Assembly: GCF_009914755.1 (NCBI RefSeq)
Contig: NC_060936.1
Direction: 5' to 3' (one strand)
DNA from: the human T2T-CHM13v2.0 reference genome, Homo sapiens
Length of the DNA stretch: 64,000 bases
Shown: positions 13,314 to 30,149 of the stretch, piece after piece
Numbering within the stretch: position 1 is the first letter of the stretch
How the letters are laid out: the number at the start of each line of letters is the position of its first letter
Translations under genes and position numbers: made by a program
Notes under the pieces: model-generated
Databases searched by the model: none
Seen by the model: the letters and a program-made list of their open reading frames with translations, nothing else
Told to the model about the DNA's origin: nothing

Positions 13314-13829
13314 GGTGAGATTCAACTATTAAGTTCCAGTTTCCCCATTTGTAAAATGGAGTCTTAATGTAAAATGGAAGAGTGTTCTTCATGCGTAAGA
13401 TTCAAGTGAGGATTTAACAAGATCCTCCATGTACATAATTTAACATGATTTCAGGCACACGTAGGTGCTTGAGAGACTTTTAATGTTATGATTAATCTTT
13501 TGAGAAAAATTACAAAAAAATTCTGGTTCTATCTCTTTCTCAGTTATATCTACTATAGGTGCTTTGGGAGGCTTAGTTTATGTTTCCCTCTTCAGACATC
13601 TCTTGTTGATAAGGTGTTCTGATTCCAAATTATAGCCCCATTCATTATTGAAAATGTGGTTTCTCTGTGGGCTATGTACCATAATTGCTAAACAGGACCC
13701 TTTGTAACTATGATAACATGATGAGTTAAATTTTCTGATTGCCAGGAAAGAATTTATTTTGTGTGTAGCCATGTAGCTTAAAACTTTTCTGAGATATAGC
13801 AGTTTCTTTTTATTTTTTAACATGTATAG

Positions 13830-13990
13830 TATACCTAAACGGTTGCAGAGAACACAAGTTTGAGTCACACAGACTTTAATTTAAATCCTGTGCCCACAAT
13901 TTACCAGTCATGTGACTTCAGGTGGGAAGCTGCTCTGATCCTTAGTCTCTTTACAAAATAGGAAATAAAAACCAATTACTCAGTTTTCAC
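13830..13990 (+). mobile_element. MIR SINE
   Basis: tttgagtcacacagac..taaatcctgtgcccacaatttaccagtcatgtgac. Confidence 0.6.
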
Positions 13991-14189
13991 ATTGAACCTT
14001 TAGGAGATTTTTAGTATTCTGTAGTACCTAATTTTGAACATCAGCCCTCACTGCAAAATATTAAGAAATAAACTTAGAAGGTTTTGGAGATTATATGCAT
14101 GCCTGAAATTTTTGCATTTCAAAATAACTGTTGTCACTGCAGGTATTTTTCATAGTAATTCCCAGAAGCCAGAGGTTTTTACTATAAAA

Positions 14190-14400
14190 TGAGAATGACA
14201 GAGAAAAGAGTGGAATGGCTGAATTCAATGGTGGTATATGTGTAACATTTAAGAAACTGCCAAATTTTCCAAGTGAGTGTTCAAATTGCATTACTGCGCT
14301 GACATAATTTGGCATATTTTAATTGTATAGATCCACTCTTTATTGCCATCGCCAAAATTCTGTATCTTAAGCTTTGTTCTGCATTTTGCAATTGTTCTAA
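14190..14400 (-). mobile_element. Old L1M fragment
   Basis: agtggaatggctgaattc ... aagaaactgccaaattttccaa. Confidence 0.55.
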
Positions 14401-14415
14401 GAGTCTGTTTCTCAG

Positions 14416-14469
14416 ACACACACCCACGCGCGCGCACACACACACAAACACACACGCACGCACGCACGC
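14416..14469. repeat. Mixed (CA)n/(CG)n/(CACG)n alternating purine-pyrimidine repeat
   Basis: cacgcgcgcgcacacacacacaaacacacacgcacgcacgcacgca. Confidence 0.9.
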
Positions 14470-15729
14470 AAGCAGGCAAGCAATACCTCTTGAGTATGTC
14501 TTCCCTTGATTGTTCACTTCACTACCGCTCAGCCTGACTAAACAACGTATTGGATTTAGCCAATGAGTATAGTTAACTATTTTTGCTTATGTGATTAGCT
14601 TCCATTTCAAAGTCAGCCTTAGAGCAGAGAACAAAATCTCCTTCTGGACAAACAAACAAAACTGCCAATAAATCTGCATGAAAGTGGAAGATGACCTGAA
14701 GCAGCTTGGTCTTAAGTGACCCTTACAGAATACTAGAGAAGGAGCTATCTTTTCAAGGAGAAAAAAGCCCAAAACAACAAAAGGATCATCCCTTTCTTCA
14801 AGGAGAAAATACATACTAAAAACACACTTCACCATTTTAGAAATGCCTGCATAACTTTAATTGTCAGCTCCTCAGGAAAAAAACCTTGTTTGTAAACTCT
14901 TCAGGGAGACAGGAAAAAATAATGCTGTACTGGCAAGCAATCCGTCCGAAACATTAATCACAGAATGCAACACTTATGTTTTGAGAAATGCTTGTTGGTT
15001 TAGATAATAATAATAAATATACTAGTTTTACCCATAGTTCTTCATATTACTACTGCCCCTTATGATAAGAAGGCTTTTGGCTGGAGAAAAAAAGTTAAAA
15101 GGGAAGATACAAATCAAACATCTGCAAATATGTAAGAACCTTTTCAAAGCTTTCTTTCTTTTAAATCAATCTTCACGGTAGATTTGTTACAACATAAAAG
15201 AGAGAACCACAGGGAAATAACAGAGAAGGAAAAAAAATGTTTTTAAAGGATTAGCAAAACTGATATTCTCATTTTCTCACTTCACCTTTAGCTTGATCTT
15301 TATCCGTAGTTCTGTTGAAAAGGATAATTGTTTTGTATCACTTTAAAAACCCACAATTTTCCCTAAGCCAACAGTAATATATGCTAATAAAAATTACCTT
15401 GTTAATAAGGGGATTTAGAATTACCAAAAATCTTCTGTTCTTATCCAGGAACAAAAAGATGCCTAACTTTTTTTTATTTAGCATCTTTTAAAAAGTGGTT
15501 TATTATAGAAATAATATGTAATGATACAGTAATACAATTGCACAAGATTTGTCCACAATATAAACTACCTTTAAAAATGTCCTTGGTGTGTATTTTGGGG
15601 ATGGTGACTAATTATTCCTCTCACCTATTGCAGGCCATTTGCTCTTCATCAGCAGGGATAATAGAATGCCCATAAGTTGAACATGTGATTTGGGTTGTCT
15701 GTGTGTGGGATAAGTTTGACCTGACCTGG

Positions 15730-16070
15730 TGTATTAGTCCATTCTCAAACTGCTAATAAAGACATACCTGAGACTGGGTAATTAATAAAGGAAAGGTTTA
15801 ATTGACTCACAGGTCAGCATGGCTGTGGAAGCATACATATCCTTCTTCACATGGCAGCAGCAAGAAGTGCCCAGCAAAAGGGGGAAAAGCCTCTTACAAA
15901 ACTATCAGATCTCGTGAGAACTCACTCACTCTCACAACAAGAGCATGAGGGTAAACATCCCATGATTAAATTATCAATGCCTCCCACAGAGTCCCTTCTA
16001 TGACATGTGGGGATTATGGGAACTACAATTCAAGATGAGATTTGTGTGGGGACAGAGGCAAACCATATCA
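15730..16070 (-). mobile_element. MaLR LTR (THE1D/MSTA-like)
   Basis: tgtattagtccattctc...ctgagactgggtaatt ... gcaaaccatatca. Confidence 0.9.
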
Positions 16071-16800
<730 letters not shown>

Positions 16801-17051
16801 TCGGCTTTAGTGATGAGTTTTTTGATTATGAATTTAATATTTTTCCTTGTTATAGGTCTATTCATATTTTTTATTTCTTCTTGAGTGAGTTTCAGTAGTT
16901 CATGTCTTTCTGGAAATACTTCTCATTAGGTTATTTAAATTTAGGGCATACGGTTTATGAATTTATTTAAACACAATTTTTAATAAAGAGATCATTTATT
17001 TTTATTTTTTCTTTTTTGTGAGGATTTTTATTAGTATGTTTCCTTTTAAAA

Positions 17052-20361
<3,310 letters not shown>

Positions 20362-20379
20362 CTAACTATTAATGTGGAG

Positions 20380-20996
20380 GTTACATTGCCAGAGGGAGTG
20401 TAAAACATGGCTAACTAATTGAAAAAACTGTTGGTCAGTTTCTTATAAAGTTAAATATACACCTATACTATGACCTAGGAATTCCACCTCTAAATATCTT
20501 CTCAAGAGAAATAAATACATATGTCCACACAAAGACTTGCATATCATCAATGTGTATAGCAGCTTTAAGCATAATAGCAATAAACGGAAACAACCCAAAT
20601 GTTATTCAAAACGTGAATAAACAAATTATGGTATATCCATGCAATGGAATACTACTCAGTAATACAAATGGACAAATTGATCAGTGTAGCAACATGGGTA
20701 AATTTCCACATGAAACAAAAAAAGAAAAGGTTTACACAGAAAAAAATACATACAATTTCACTTATATGAAGTTCAAGAACAAGTACCACTAAAACTATAG
20801 TGCTGAAAATCAGAACCATAGTAACCTTTGTTGTGGGGATTCATTGGAAGACTCACAAGGGAAGCTTCTGGGGTGACGGTAATGTTCTATATCTTAGTAG
20901 GGGTGTATACACTTGCCCAAAGACATCTAATTGTGTATTTAAGATCTGTACTTTTCATAATAAGTACAATATAACTTAATTTAAAAAGAAAAAAAA
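20380..20996 (+). mobile_element. Old L1M (L1MC/ME-like) 3' end
   Basis: atgacctaggaattccacctc ... atgtccacacaaagacttg ... A-rich tail. Confidence 0.8.
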
Positions 20997-21384
20997 GGCT
21001 CAGCTGTGAACCTTTCTACTTTTTCTAGTTTCTTCTATAATTTCAATCTTGAGAAAGCTCATAAAACTATACCTTAACAAAAGAAAAGGTACATATTCTT
21101 GGTTGGGAAGACAATACCATAGGAATATCACCTCTCCTACAAATAATATTAAATTTAATATATTTTCTATGAAAATGTCAAGAAGGAGTTTTGTTGTGGC
21201 TATTTGACTTTGATTTTGAAATTTGATAAAATGTATTCAAACTTTAGGAGGAAAGTGTAAAAAGAAAACCAGTAAGGGAGACTTTAAGAAATATTAGAAC
21301 ATACCATAAAGTCATAAAGTTATAATCAAAACAATATGACACTAGCATAGAAACTGACGAACAGATCAGTGACACCAACTAGAA

Positions 21385-21755
21385 TATATTTCCCATCATC
21401 CCTTGTCATTGAGTGGCCACGCATCTGAGCTCTGGCTTATGAAACAAGCACAGAAACATTGTACACCACCTTCAGACTTGTCCCATTAAAGTCTTATATA
21501 CCTGATTCTCCATGCACTTTTCCACTTCTGGCTAACTAGTTGGAATAGTGATGACTACCAGGGCCACCCTAGAAGCCTTGTATTGAAGACAGAGAGCCCA
21601 CAAGATGAAAGAAATCAGGTTCCCAAATCGCTGTTTGGAAGAAGCAAGCTAGAAGACCTTCCTGCCCAGAAATACCTACACTAGTTTAGCAAATAATCTT
21701 TTATTATGTTAGGCCGCCGAGATTTGGAGGGACTTATATGTTACAGTGGTTAGTT
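21385..21755 (+). mobile_element. MLT1 (J/K-like) LTR within L1M fragments
   Basis: tatttcccatcatcccttg ... agagcccacaagatgaaagaa ... gagatttggagg..tgttacag. Confidence 0.6.
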
Positions 21756-21987
21756 ATAAAGATCCAAATTTGTAGAATAAAGCATAGATTATAAAATTAT
21801 TTTAGCTAGATAACTGTCGAACCATTAAGAACAAATAAAATTAGGCTCTTTATCATAAATAATAATGAGTTGCAGATAGACTAAAGAGTTGTTTTTTAAG
21901 AAATAAAACAAATCTTGTTAAAGCTCTTTGTGAATACGTATATGAACAAGCAGTTACCTTTTAATCAAGATTAAAAATTCTAAGTTG

Positions 21988-22053
21988 TTAGGTTGGTGCA
22001 AGAGTAATTGCAGTGTTTGCCATTAAAAGTAATTACTGGTGCATCAACCTGTA
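21988..22053. mobile_element. MADE1 (Hsmar1 MITE), internally deleted
   Basis: ttaggttggtgcaagagtaattgc ... gtaattactggtgcatcaacct. Confidence 0.8.
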
Positions 22054-22124
22054 TTTTATTTAAAATGTAATATAAGCCATTTAAAATATTAATATAAACA
22101 TATTTAAAGCTACAATGTTACAAA

Positions 22125-22280
22125 GGATGAGATTTTAGAGACTAAGTCATAAAAGGCACGGCAACGTCCTCTCCTCTACCTCTCAGATCACTCGCTCTGG
22201 GAGAAGTTAGCTGCGATGTGGTGAGCAACCCTAGAGAGAGGCACAAGTGGTAAGGAACTAAAGCCTCCTGACTACAGTTA
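22125..22280 (+). mobile_element. MLT1 (E/F-like) LTR fragment
   Basis: tcactcgctctgggagaagttagctgc ... gagaggcacaagtggtaaggaactaaagcctcctg. Confidence 0.6.
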
Positions 22281-22314
22281 GTGGTATACATGCATACAAG
22301 CAAGTAACAATCAT

Positions 22315-22510
22315 TCTTCTAAGAGCTTGTCATATATTAGTTCATTTAATTCTCATAACTCTTTGAGGTAGGTTTTATGATCTTCATTTTACAGATGAGG
22401 AAACTGAGTCACAGGAAATTTACAAAACTTTTTCAAAGTCACACAGGTTGTAAGTGATGGTACTGGGATGAGAAGAATATTGCCTCTTATGTCCATGCTC
22501 TTAATTAGAC
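22315..22510 (-). mobile_element. MIR SINE
   Basis: cattttacagatgaggaaactgagtcacag. Confidence 0.8.
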
Positions 22511-23974
22511 ACATTAGTAGGTTATTAACATGAGTTGGAGATAGGGGTAGAAGCCTGGAGAGCTGAAAGACTGGTTGAACAAAGAAAACAGGATTATAAC
22601 ATCATCACAGTTATGCACTTGTAAAATTATTATATACATATAAAGCCATTTGTAATAATAAGAAAGTGAAATTCTATGAGTGAATATATATGAAATTTTT
22701 AATTGGCTTAGCTTATACAAAGAGTAAGTTGTCTTAATTATAATGAATTCACTGTAGTTTCTATTTTTATTCAATTTTACTCATTCAACAAGTATTTAGT
22801 CAGCACCTACTATATGTCAGAACAAATAGTGTGCATATTTGTATTACGTGCTGAGGGAAACAGCAGGAAGGCATAGCTTCTCAACTCAAGGGGCTGTCAG
22901 TAGTAGAAGATGGAAATCAGCAAATTTGCCATATAATTAAATTATGTGACCCTCCTCACACCTGTAATTCCAACAGGACAGACATAATTAGTTTTCAAGT
23001 AGCACTTAAAAATAATAATTAAGTGTATGCTGATATCTGCAAATCAACTATGCCCACCAACCACCTATGCTAACAAAACAACTATGCTAACCATTCTCAA
23101 TTCCTCCTAGCCAACTATTTCATGTGTCTAGGCTAAAATAATATAGATGTACCTAGCATTACCTCATAGACTCAAGTGATCATAAAACCTGAACCAAAAA
23201 GCAATAAAAATGAGAAGTAAATAATATTTGATTTGTAGGTCTTTTTATTTCAAAAATTCAGTGTATAATCAAGGCTTTGGACATAGCAAAAGAAAGTCAT
23301 ATATATCTTTTGATCTAGGATTTGTTAGAGTAGTTTAGATTTATATGCTGATACTGAGTCCATAAATGCATAAATCCCTGCTGATTCCATCTGGATGAGA
23401 CCTTTGGCAGTGTCATCTGTCAGCGTTCACACAGAGATTGGTTGGGCTTCCTTTCAGAAGCAGTCTTCAAATTACTTTATATATTGAAGCCTATTATACT
23501 AACAAAGTATTTGCCAAATTAGTGTCACAGAATACTAAATGCTGATTTTGCAATACTCCTCTCAATTAGAATCCCTGTGTGGAAGCCAGGCTACACCAAG
23601 CAAGGAAGCATTTGATTATTAGAAACTCACTGGAACAAACTGTGCCTATATTCATTCCTATTTCATAAACTACCTTAAAAATAGGCATGGAATAATGCCT
23701 TAATATACTTTCACAGAAAAAAAAAAAACTAAGGCAAAATAAGGTCATTAAGTGCTTCACTGCAGAACAGGCATAAAAGAAACAGGAGAGAGACTGCAGC
23801 CCACTGAGCAGGGCATTTTCTGTCTTCCATTTTACATGAAATAACTCTGGAGAATCTTGCACAAGAGCCAACCAAAGAAGGAAGGCGTAGACCCTTCCTC
23901 TGAATCAGCACCTCATGCAGTAACTGGCTTGTAATTCTCAATTTTCATGAATGAATGAATGAATGGCTCTCCAA

Positions 23975-24390
23975 CTGCATCTTCTACCACTCACTCTGTT
24001 TCTCCTTATGATTCTGCCACACTCAGGGACTTTGCACTTGCAGAACTCCCCACCAGGAATCTGTCTCCAATTTTCCTCCAGGTCTCTACTCTTATTTCAC
24101 TTTTTAAAGATCCTTTCCTGATCACCCTAACCAAAGGAACTTCACACCCCCGACTCACCATCTTTCCTTCACCTTGTTCTGTTTCCCTTAGCAGCAGGCA
24201 TCATTCTCTGATAGTGTCTTTGTCATTTATTTTTTACTTGTTAATTGCCTGATTCCCTTTCTGCAGAAGGACAGCTTGGTGAGGGCAGAAGAACCTTGGC
24301 TGGTTGAGTCACTGCTATATTCCTAGTGTTTAGAGCTATGCCTGGCACATATTAGGCACTCAACTAATATTTGTTGAATGAACAAATGAG
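23975..24390 (+). mobile_element. L2 3' region
   Basis: ctcagggactttgcacttgc ... cctggcacatattaggcactcaactaatatttgttgaatgaa. Confidence 0.75.
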
Positions 24391-25927
24391 AGAGAGACAG
24401 AAAAAAGCTAGAGACAGAATGCTAATACAGAAAGACTGTAAATGTTCATTCTAGCTTAAGTTCTTAAGTTGGATACTCCCAATGGAGTTTCCTTAACATC
24501 CACAGAAATATCTAGTACACTTTCAAAAGTCTTCCTTTTCAGCAGATTATTTCATGACTGAATCGTGATGGGTCTTTCTACTTGATTCACAACATTGCAA
24601 GGCCAGCAGTGGCTTTTGGCTCCAGTGCATGATCTTTAATTTCCTGTCTAATCTATGGCAAGGTTTAAAAACCAAAAGATGAGAGAGAGCCACTCATCAA
24701 ATTAATAGTGCCAGTTTTATTTCCCTGATGTCTCTAGTGCATTCATGCTGGGGACAAGCCACTTAGACATCTCATTACTTTAATTTCCTCTTCTTTCAAC
24801 TGTGGGATTAACTAATATGGTTATTAAGAGGATTAATGAGATGACGTTTTTATAATGCTGAAGTTGCTATATACATTTTTTTAAAACATAATTAAAATGC
24901 TATTTCCTTCTCGTCTCTCTCTTTCTCTTTCTTTTTCTGTTTCCAACGCAGAGCCCAGGGTTTCATCTCCTTCCTCCCACAAATTACAGAAAATCACTGC
25001 CATTGTGTAATTGCAGTTTAAACAGGCTTTGGAGGTATATGTCTGTTTTGTAAAGCACAGCTCTTCCCGCTTCTGGCGCCAAATCTGATGACTATAATGA
25101 GATGTTGATAAACACGATAATGATAATGGCTCTGACAGCTTTATTCCTGAAGATGTCATTATCTGTGGGAACCATCAGACACCTAGGCCATACCTTAGTC
25201 ATGGAAGCTGAGTGGATTCTAACCATTAAAGCTGCAATTATACAAACACTCCCGATGACGTTGCCCTTTTCATTATTTTTATCATTTGGGGAATCATCCA
25301 AGTCTTACATAAAAATATTTTTAACTCTGTCTGCCGAAGCACGCCTCTGTGGATCTTACACTTAATCTCTGCTGCCTTCACATCATGTTGCTTACTTATC
25401 AGGACAAGGAAGGTTATGTGCCAAAGAGTTTACCGTTTGCTAAAAATTCTGATAATCTTTGTGTTACCACTCAGAGTAGCTACATGCAGGCAAGGCATCC
25501 ACTTTCCACAAGTGGGATTGTCAACAAAGATGCGAAGACAACATTTGCTGCCAGTGAGCTGTGGGAAAGCTGATAGGTACCCTGAGTGCTGGAGCCTGAA
25601 CTTTCTCGGACACATTATAGAAGAGCAGTAAGCTTATCACCAACCTCCAGTAGGACAAGGTTGGGTTGTCTGTCTGCTGGTGTATCCTAGAACCTGACTT
25701 GCAGAATGCTGAACATCCGCTCTAGTTCCCCAGCATGTACACCTCTGAATCTTAGCTTCTTGAACACATCAAGTATCTTCCTGATTCAGGGGCTTCAAAT
25801 ATGTTTATTCTGTCTGCCTAGAACTCTATTCTCCCAAATTTTTGAAAATTTAATTTCTGCTCATTGTTCTGGTGTATATACAACTTCCTCAGGGGAAGCC
25901 TCTCTGATCACCCAAACTAGATCAACA

Positions 25928-26405
25928 TATTAGTAAGTCTTGACTGCAAACAACAGAATACTCAACTAAAGTTGTCTTTAACACTGAGGACTTACGTTTC
26001 CTCACCTAACAAGAAGTCCATATGCAGACAGTTCTGGATTGACTCAGAGGTTCAAAGTTATGTTAGAGCCCTGGGTCTGCTTTTTGCCATTTTCATGGCT
26101 TTCCTTCATAATCACAAGAAGGCTACAACTGCTCCAGGCATCAGGTCCTCATGTAACAATAGGTAAAGTAGAAAAGAAGGGAAGGATTTTCTCTTCATGT
26201 TTCTCTCTTTATCAGGGAGGAAAATCTTTTCCAAAAGTGTCCCTGTATCTCGCAGACTTACACTCAAATAACACTGGACAGGATTTAGCCACATGTCCAT
26301 ACCCCATACCTACTGGGAAAGTCAGGATCTGGCAGTTTTAGTCTCTAAAGAAGGTAAATTTTGTGGGCAAGGGAGAAGAGATGTTGAGTAGGCAATCAGC
26401 AACAC
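25928..26405 (-). mobile_element. Old MLT1-type LTR nested in an L2
   Basis: tcttgactgcaaacaacagaatactcaactaaa ... gttgagtaggcaatcagcaaca, with L2 sequence on both sides. Confidence 0.55.
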
Positions 26406-26583
26406 CGAGCAAAATAGGCTCTTTCATTTATGTGTTCTCATAGCATCCTGTACCTTTCTTTTGTACCTCTTATAACAATTGTTCTTATGTAATTATCTGT
26501 GCTCAACTGTAAACTCCATGAGGACAGAGTCTGTGGCCTACTTGTTCATCATTGACCTCATTTCCTAACACAATGCCTGGCCC

Positions 26584-27534
26584 CATGTCCACCTACATAA
26601 TTTGTGGGACCCACACAAAATAACAATGAAGAGCTCCTTGCTTCAAAAAGCAGGAAAGTGTATTACAATATAAAGTGATTCCTTTCCACATTCGCTCTCT
26701 TGACTTACTATGGTGCATTTGCTACTTAATATTGTCCTAAGAAAAGTTTAAATTGTAAACTTTTAGCATAAGTTTTTGTCACTTATCTCTATGTTGTATA
26801 TTGCCAGATCTAAATGTAAGTATACGTGCATTTAACTTGTGTGGAATCATCAAAATTACAGTTTGGATTTTGTAGCTCACACTTACATGTGTATATTCTC
26901 AACAGAATAGTACAAATGCTGCACAAAACCAACTCAACTGTTTTAGTTCATTTCTTTATATATATATATTCAGTCTATCAATGCTATCTAATGAGTATGG
27001 AATGATTGAAAGGAAAAGAAACTCTCCCTTCCTATATCATTATTTGTGGTGCAACAAAACTAAGAAAGAATATTGATAGGGTTCCTTGATTGTCTGCTTC
27101 TTAGAATACCAATGCTTCCTTTTTGTGTTTGAAGCAAATTCTGGATTGAATGGAAAGTGCTGTCCCTTGGGGTCATCAGCACCACCACATACTCAGTCCT
27201 AGACATAACACACTTACCTTGTACTTATTTTGAGTCTCACTAAACTCCTACATATCATGGGTGTACTGGAATTTGAATACTCATGGGCATCACAAATGCT
27301 ATAGGAAAATGGAGAAGCAAGAAATGAGGTAGACACACATGTTGTGTATGTCCCCTCTGCTCAGTCATATGATCTGTTGTCCCATTAGACTTCATTTATA
27401 CAACATACGTTCAACCATAAAATGATAAAGAAATTCAAGATGGTGACAACAACGTGTTAAACCAACCACAGGGCCTTTCTGAGCATGGGACCCTCTATGA
27501 CTACACACATTCTATGTCCATGAAGCTGGACTTG
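26584..27534 (-). mobile_element. MER45B-like hAT-Tip100 DNA transposon inserted in an L2 tail
   Basis: Ends cctacataatttgtgggaccc and ttcaagatggtgacaac...gtccatgaagctggacttg match MER45 termini; L2 resumes at about 27550. Confidence 0.75.
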
Positions 27535-27847
27535 TCTCACCTATCCCTACATACTCAATAGTATTTGATGGGTGAATAAGTGAATGAACGAATACATCTC
27601 TTTGCTCTGTTTTCTAAAGAATTTCATATGTTTCTGACATGTCCTCTGAATTCACTGCTCAGGTTCTTAAATCCTTTTCCTAATCATTGCACGAAGTTCA
27701 GGTAGAAGGCACACTAGGCTCTTGGTAGTTCAGGAATGAAGGAAGGGTGAAATGCTCAAAGAATGGGCCAGAGAGGAGTCCTCTGGTCCTTAAAGATGGA
27801 GTCAACAGTCCATGATATAGGGCCCACAGGATGATGGGAAACTTGAA

Positions 27848-28449
27848 GTATTAGATAGGGTTCCCCAGAAAAACAGAACCAATAGGTATATTTATAATAC
27901 CAGTAGGTATATTTATAATAGTTAACGCCCATAATAATATATTTATTATGGGCGTTAACTCATGCAACTTTGGAAGTTGGAAAGTCCTACAATCTGCCAT
28001 CTGGAAGCTAGAGAACCAGGAAAACCAGAGGTGTAATTCAGTCTGAGTCTGAAGTCCTGGAAACTAGGGGAGCCAATGGTATAATTCTAAGTTGAGAAGG
28101 CCTGAGAAGTGGGGAAACAGAGAGAAGCTGGGGAGACCATTAGTGTAACTCCCAGACCCTGAACACCCCTGAACCAGGAGCTCCGATGTCCAAGGGCAGG
28201 AGAAGATAGATATTTCAGCTCAAGAAAAGACAGTAAATTCATCCTGCCCCTGTCTTTTTGTTCTATCTTGGGCCTTCAATGAATGGCATGATACTCACAT
28301 TGGTGAAGGTGATCTCTTTACTCAGTCCACTAGTTCAAATGCTAATGTCTTCTGGAAACATACTCACAGACACACCCAGCAATAATGTTTTACCAGCTAT
28401 CTGGACATCCCTTAGCCCAGAAAAGTTGACACATAAATTAACCATCACA
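27848..28449 (-). mobile_element. MLT2 (ERVL) solo LTR
   Basis: gtattagatagggttccccagaaaaacagaaccaatagg ... gttgacacataaattaaccatcaca. Confidence 0.9.
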
Positions 28450-28949
28450 CTTGGGTTGGGGCACCTGGGCCTCAACGTCTGTAGGGGTTTAATTTCAGCA
28501 CAATAGGAGACCTGAAGCAGGGCCAACCAACTGCACAACTAGTGCCAACTGTGTCAACCATAGTGTGAATGATGCTCCTGGTGTTGTGAAGCAGTGGCCT
28601 GGGCTGGGCATTGTGGTTCTCTGTTATCAGAACCACAAAATTAACAGAGAACAAGAAAAGATCTATACAAGACTGGACTCCAGCCAAGTGGACTAATGTT
28701 TTAAGTAGAACTCCAATCCATACAGGAACTGCCATCTTAAACTTCAGATTGATACCAAAATCCGAGTATAAGAGCTTGGATTCATTGCATAGTGATAATT
28801 TAGTAAGAACACAGGTAATCCATACAAAGTTACATACAAATAAAAAAATAGTAAGTGTGGGAGTTATAAACATTTCATATAGAGAGGTTTTATCTCCCCA
28901 ACAAGAGTGTAAAATTCTCAAGGGCAAGAAATATTTGGTTCTGGCTTCT

Positions 28950-29165
28950 TAGACAGAGTCAGCTAAATTTTCATACTGGTTTATTTATGCAGCTTTAAGC
29001 AAGCTATTAAGCCTCACTGAGGCTTTCTTCTTATCTATAAAGTGAGAACAATAACACCTACCTCACAGGATTAATGTGATTGCTAACTGTAAACCACCTA
29101 GCACAGTGTCTGCCATATGATAATTCTCAAAAAAAAAGAAAAGGACATGGTCATTATTATTGTTT
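28950..29165 (+). mobile_element. MIR SINE
   Basis: ttatctataaagtgagaacaataacacctacctcacagg. Confidence 0.7.
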
Positions 29166-30149
29166 TAGTTTTCATATTCTCCAAGACACTTGTTGGCTTG
29201 ACCACTTCAAAGCCTCATATTATGAAATCCTTAGAGAAAGTCTAGGCCAGAATATTTATTTTAATATCAAAAGGAAACACTAACGGCCATTATTCTGTTC
29301 AAAAACTTCCAACCGTACCACATTTTTGCAAAATTAATTCCTTGCCTCAACATTCAAACCATATAGAATATTGCCCCAATTTATCCTCATATTCTTACCT
29401 TTTCATAGTCCCTGTCCCAGTCAGTCTTGACTATCTTCTGCTCTCCTATGTATTACTCATGTCTTCCTGCCTTTGTTCATGCTACCAAGATGTTCAAACT
29501 TACCCTATTCACCACTCCCCAAGTGCTTCACGAAATTGGTCTTCATCCTCTAGACCTGCCTGTAATCTCTACTTCTGTAGTGACTCACTTTTGCCTTTCC
29601 TATTTGATCCAGATGACTAACATACATGTTCATTTTTTAAAATAAATAAATTGGATTTGTGTCTTTTCCTAAGGTTTGAATTAGATACTTCCCTAACTTT
29701 CTGCTTATGAAAATATTCCTTCTTTTCAAACTGTCTACAATTCTGCATTCATTACTTTCAGAAGTACTAGAACCTTTTATTCTTTCTGCTTTGTGTAAAA
29801 AACTACTTCAGACTGTGGACGTCTACATCGCCCCTGAAGTACAGTACTCACAAGGTATTCTTAGGCTTCAACATGTTTGAGAATTAACAAACTTTCCACA
29901 TTTGAAAAGGAGGAATTTCTTTCCACAAAAATATTAATCCACTAAGAGGGATCAAGTGGTGTTTTAAATTTCTAAGTATTTCTACGAAAGTTATATTTCA
30001 CTATGTTTTCCAAATACCGAATTGTATTTCACACAGTCATCAGTGTACAAACATACTCCTAATCTCCTAATTTTTTTTTAAAAAAAACAAACTACCTTGA
30101 CTGTAAACTTATTGGAAGAGTTATTTCTAGTTAAGATCTCTACCTCCAT

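Noticed and set aside
28472-28952. Overlapping 151-aa and 113-aa ORFs
   Set aside because: No recognisable domain or splice context; lengths are compatible with chance
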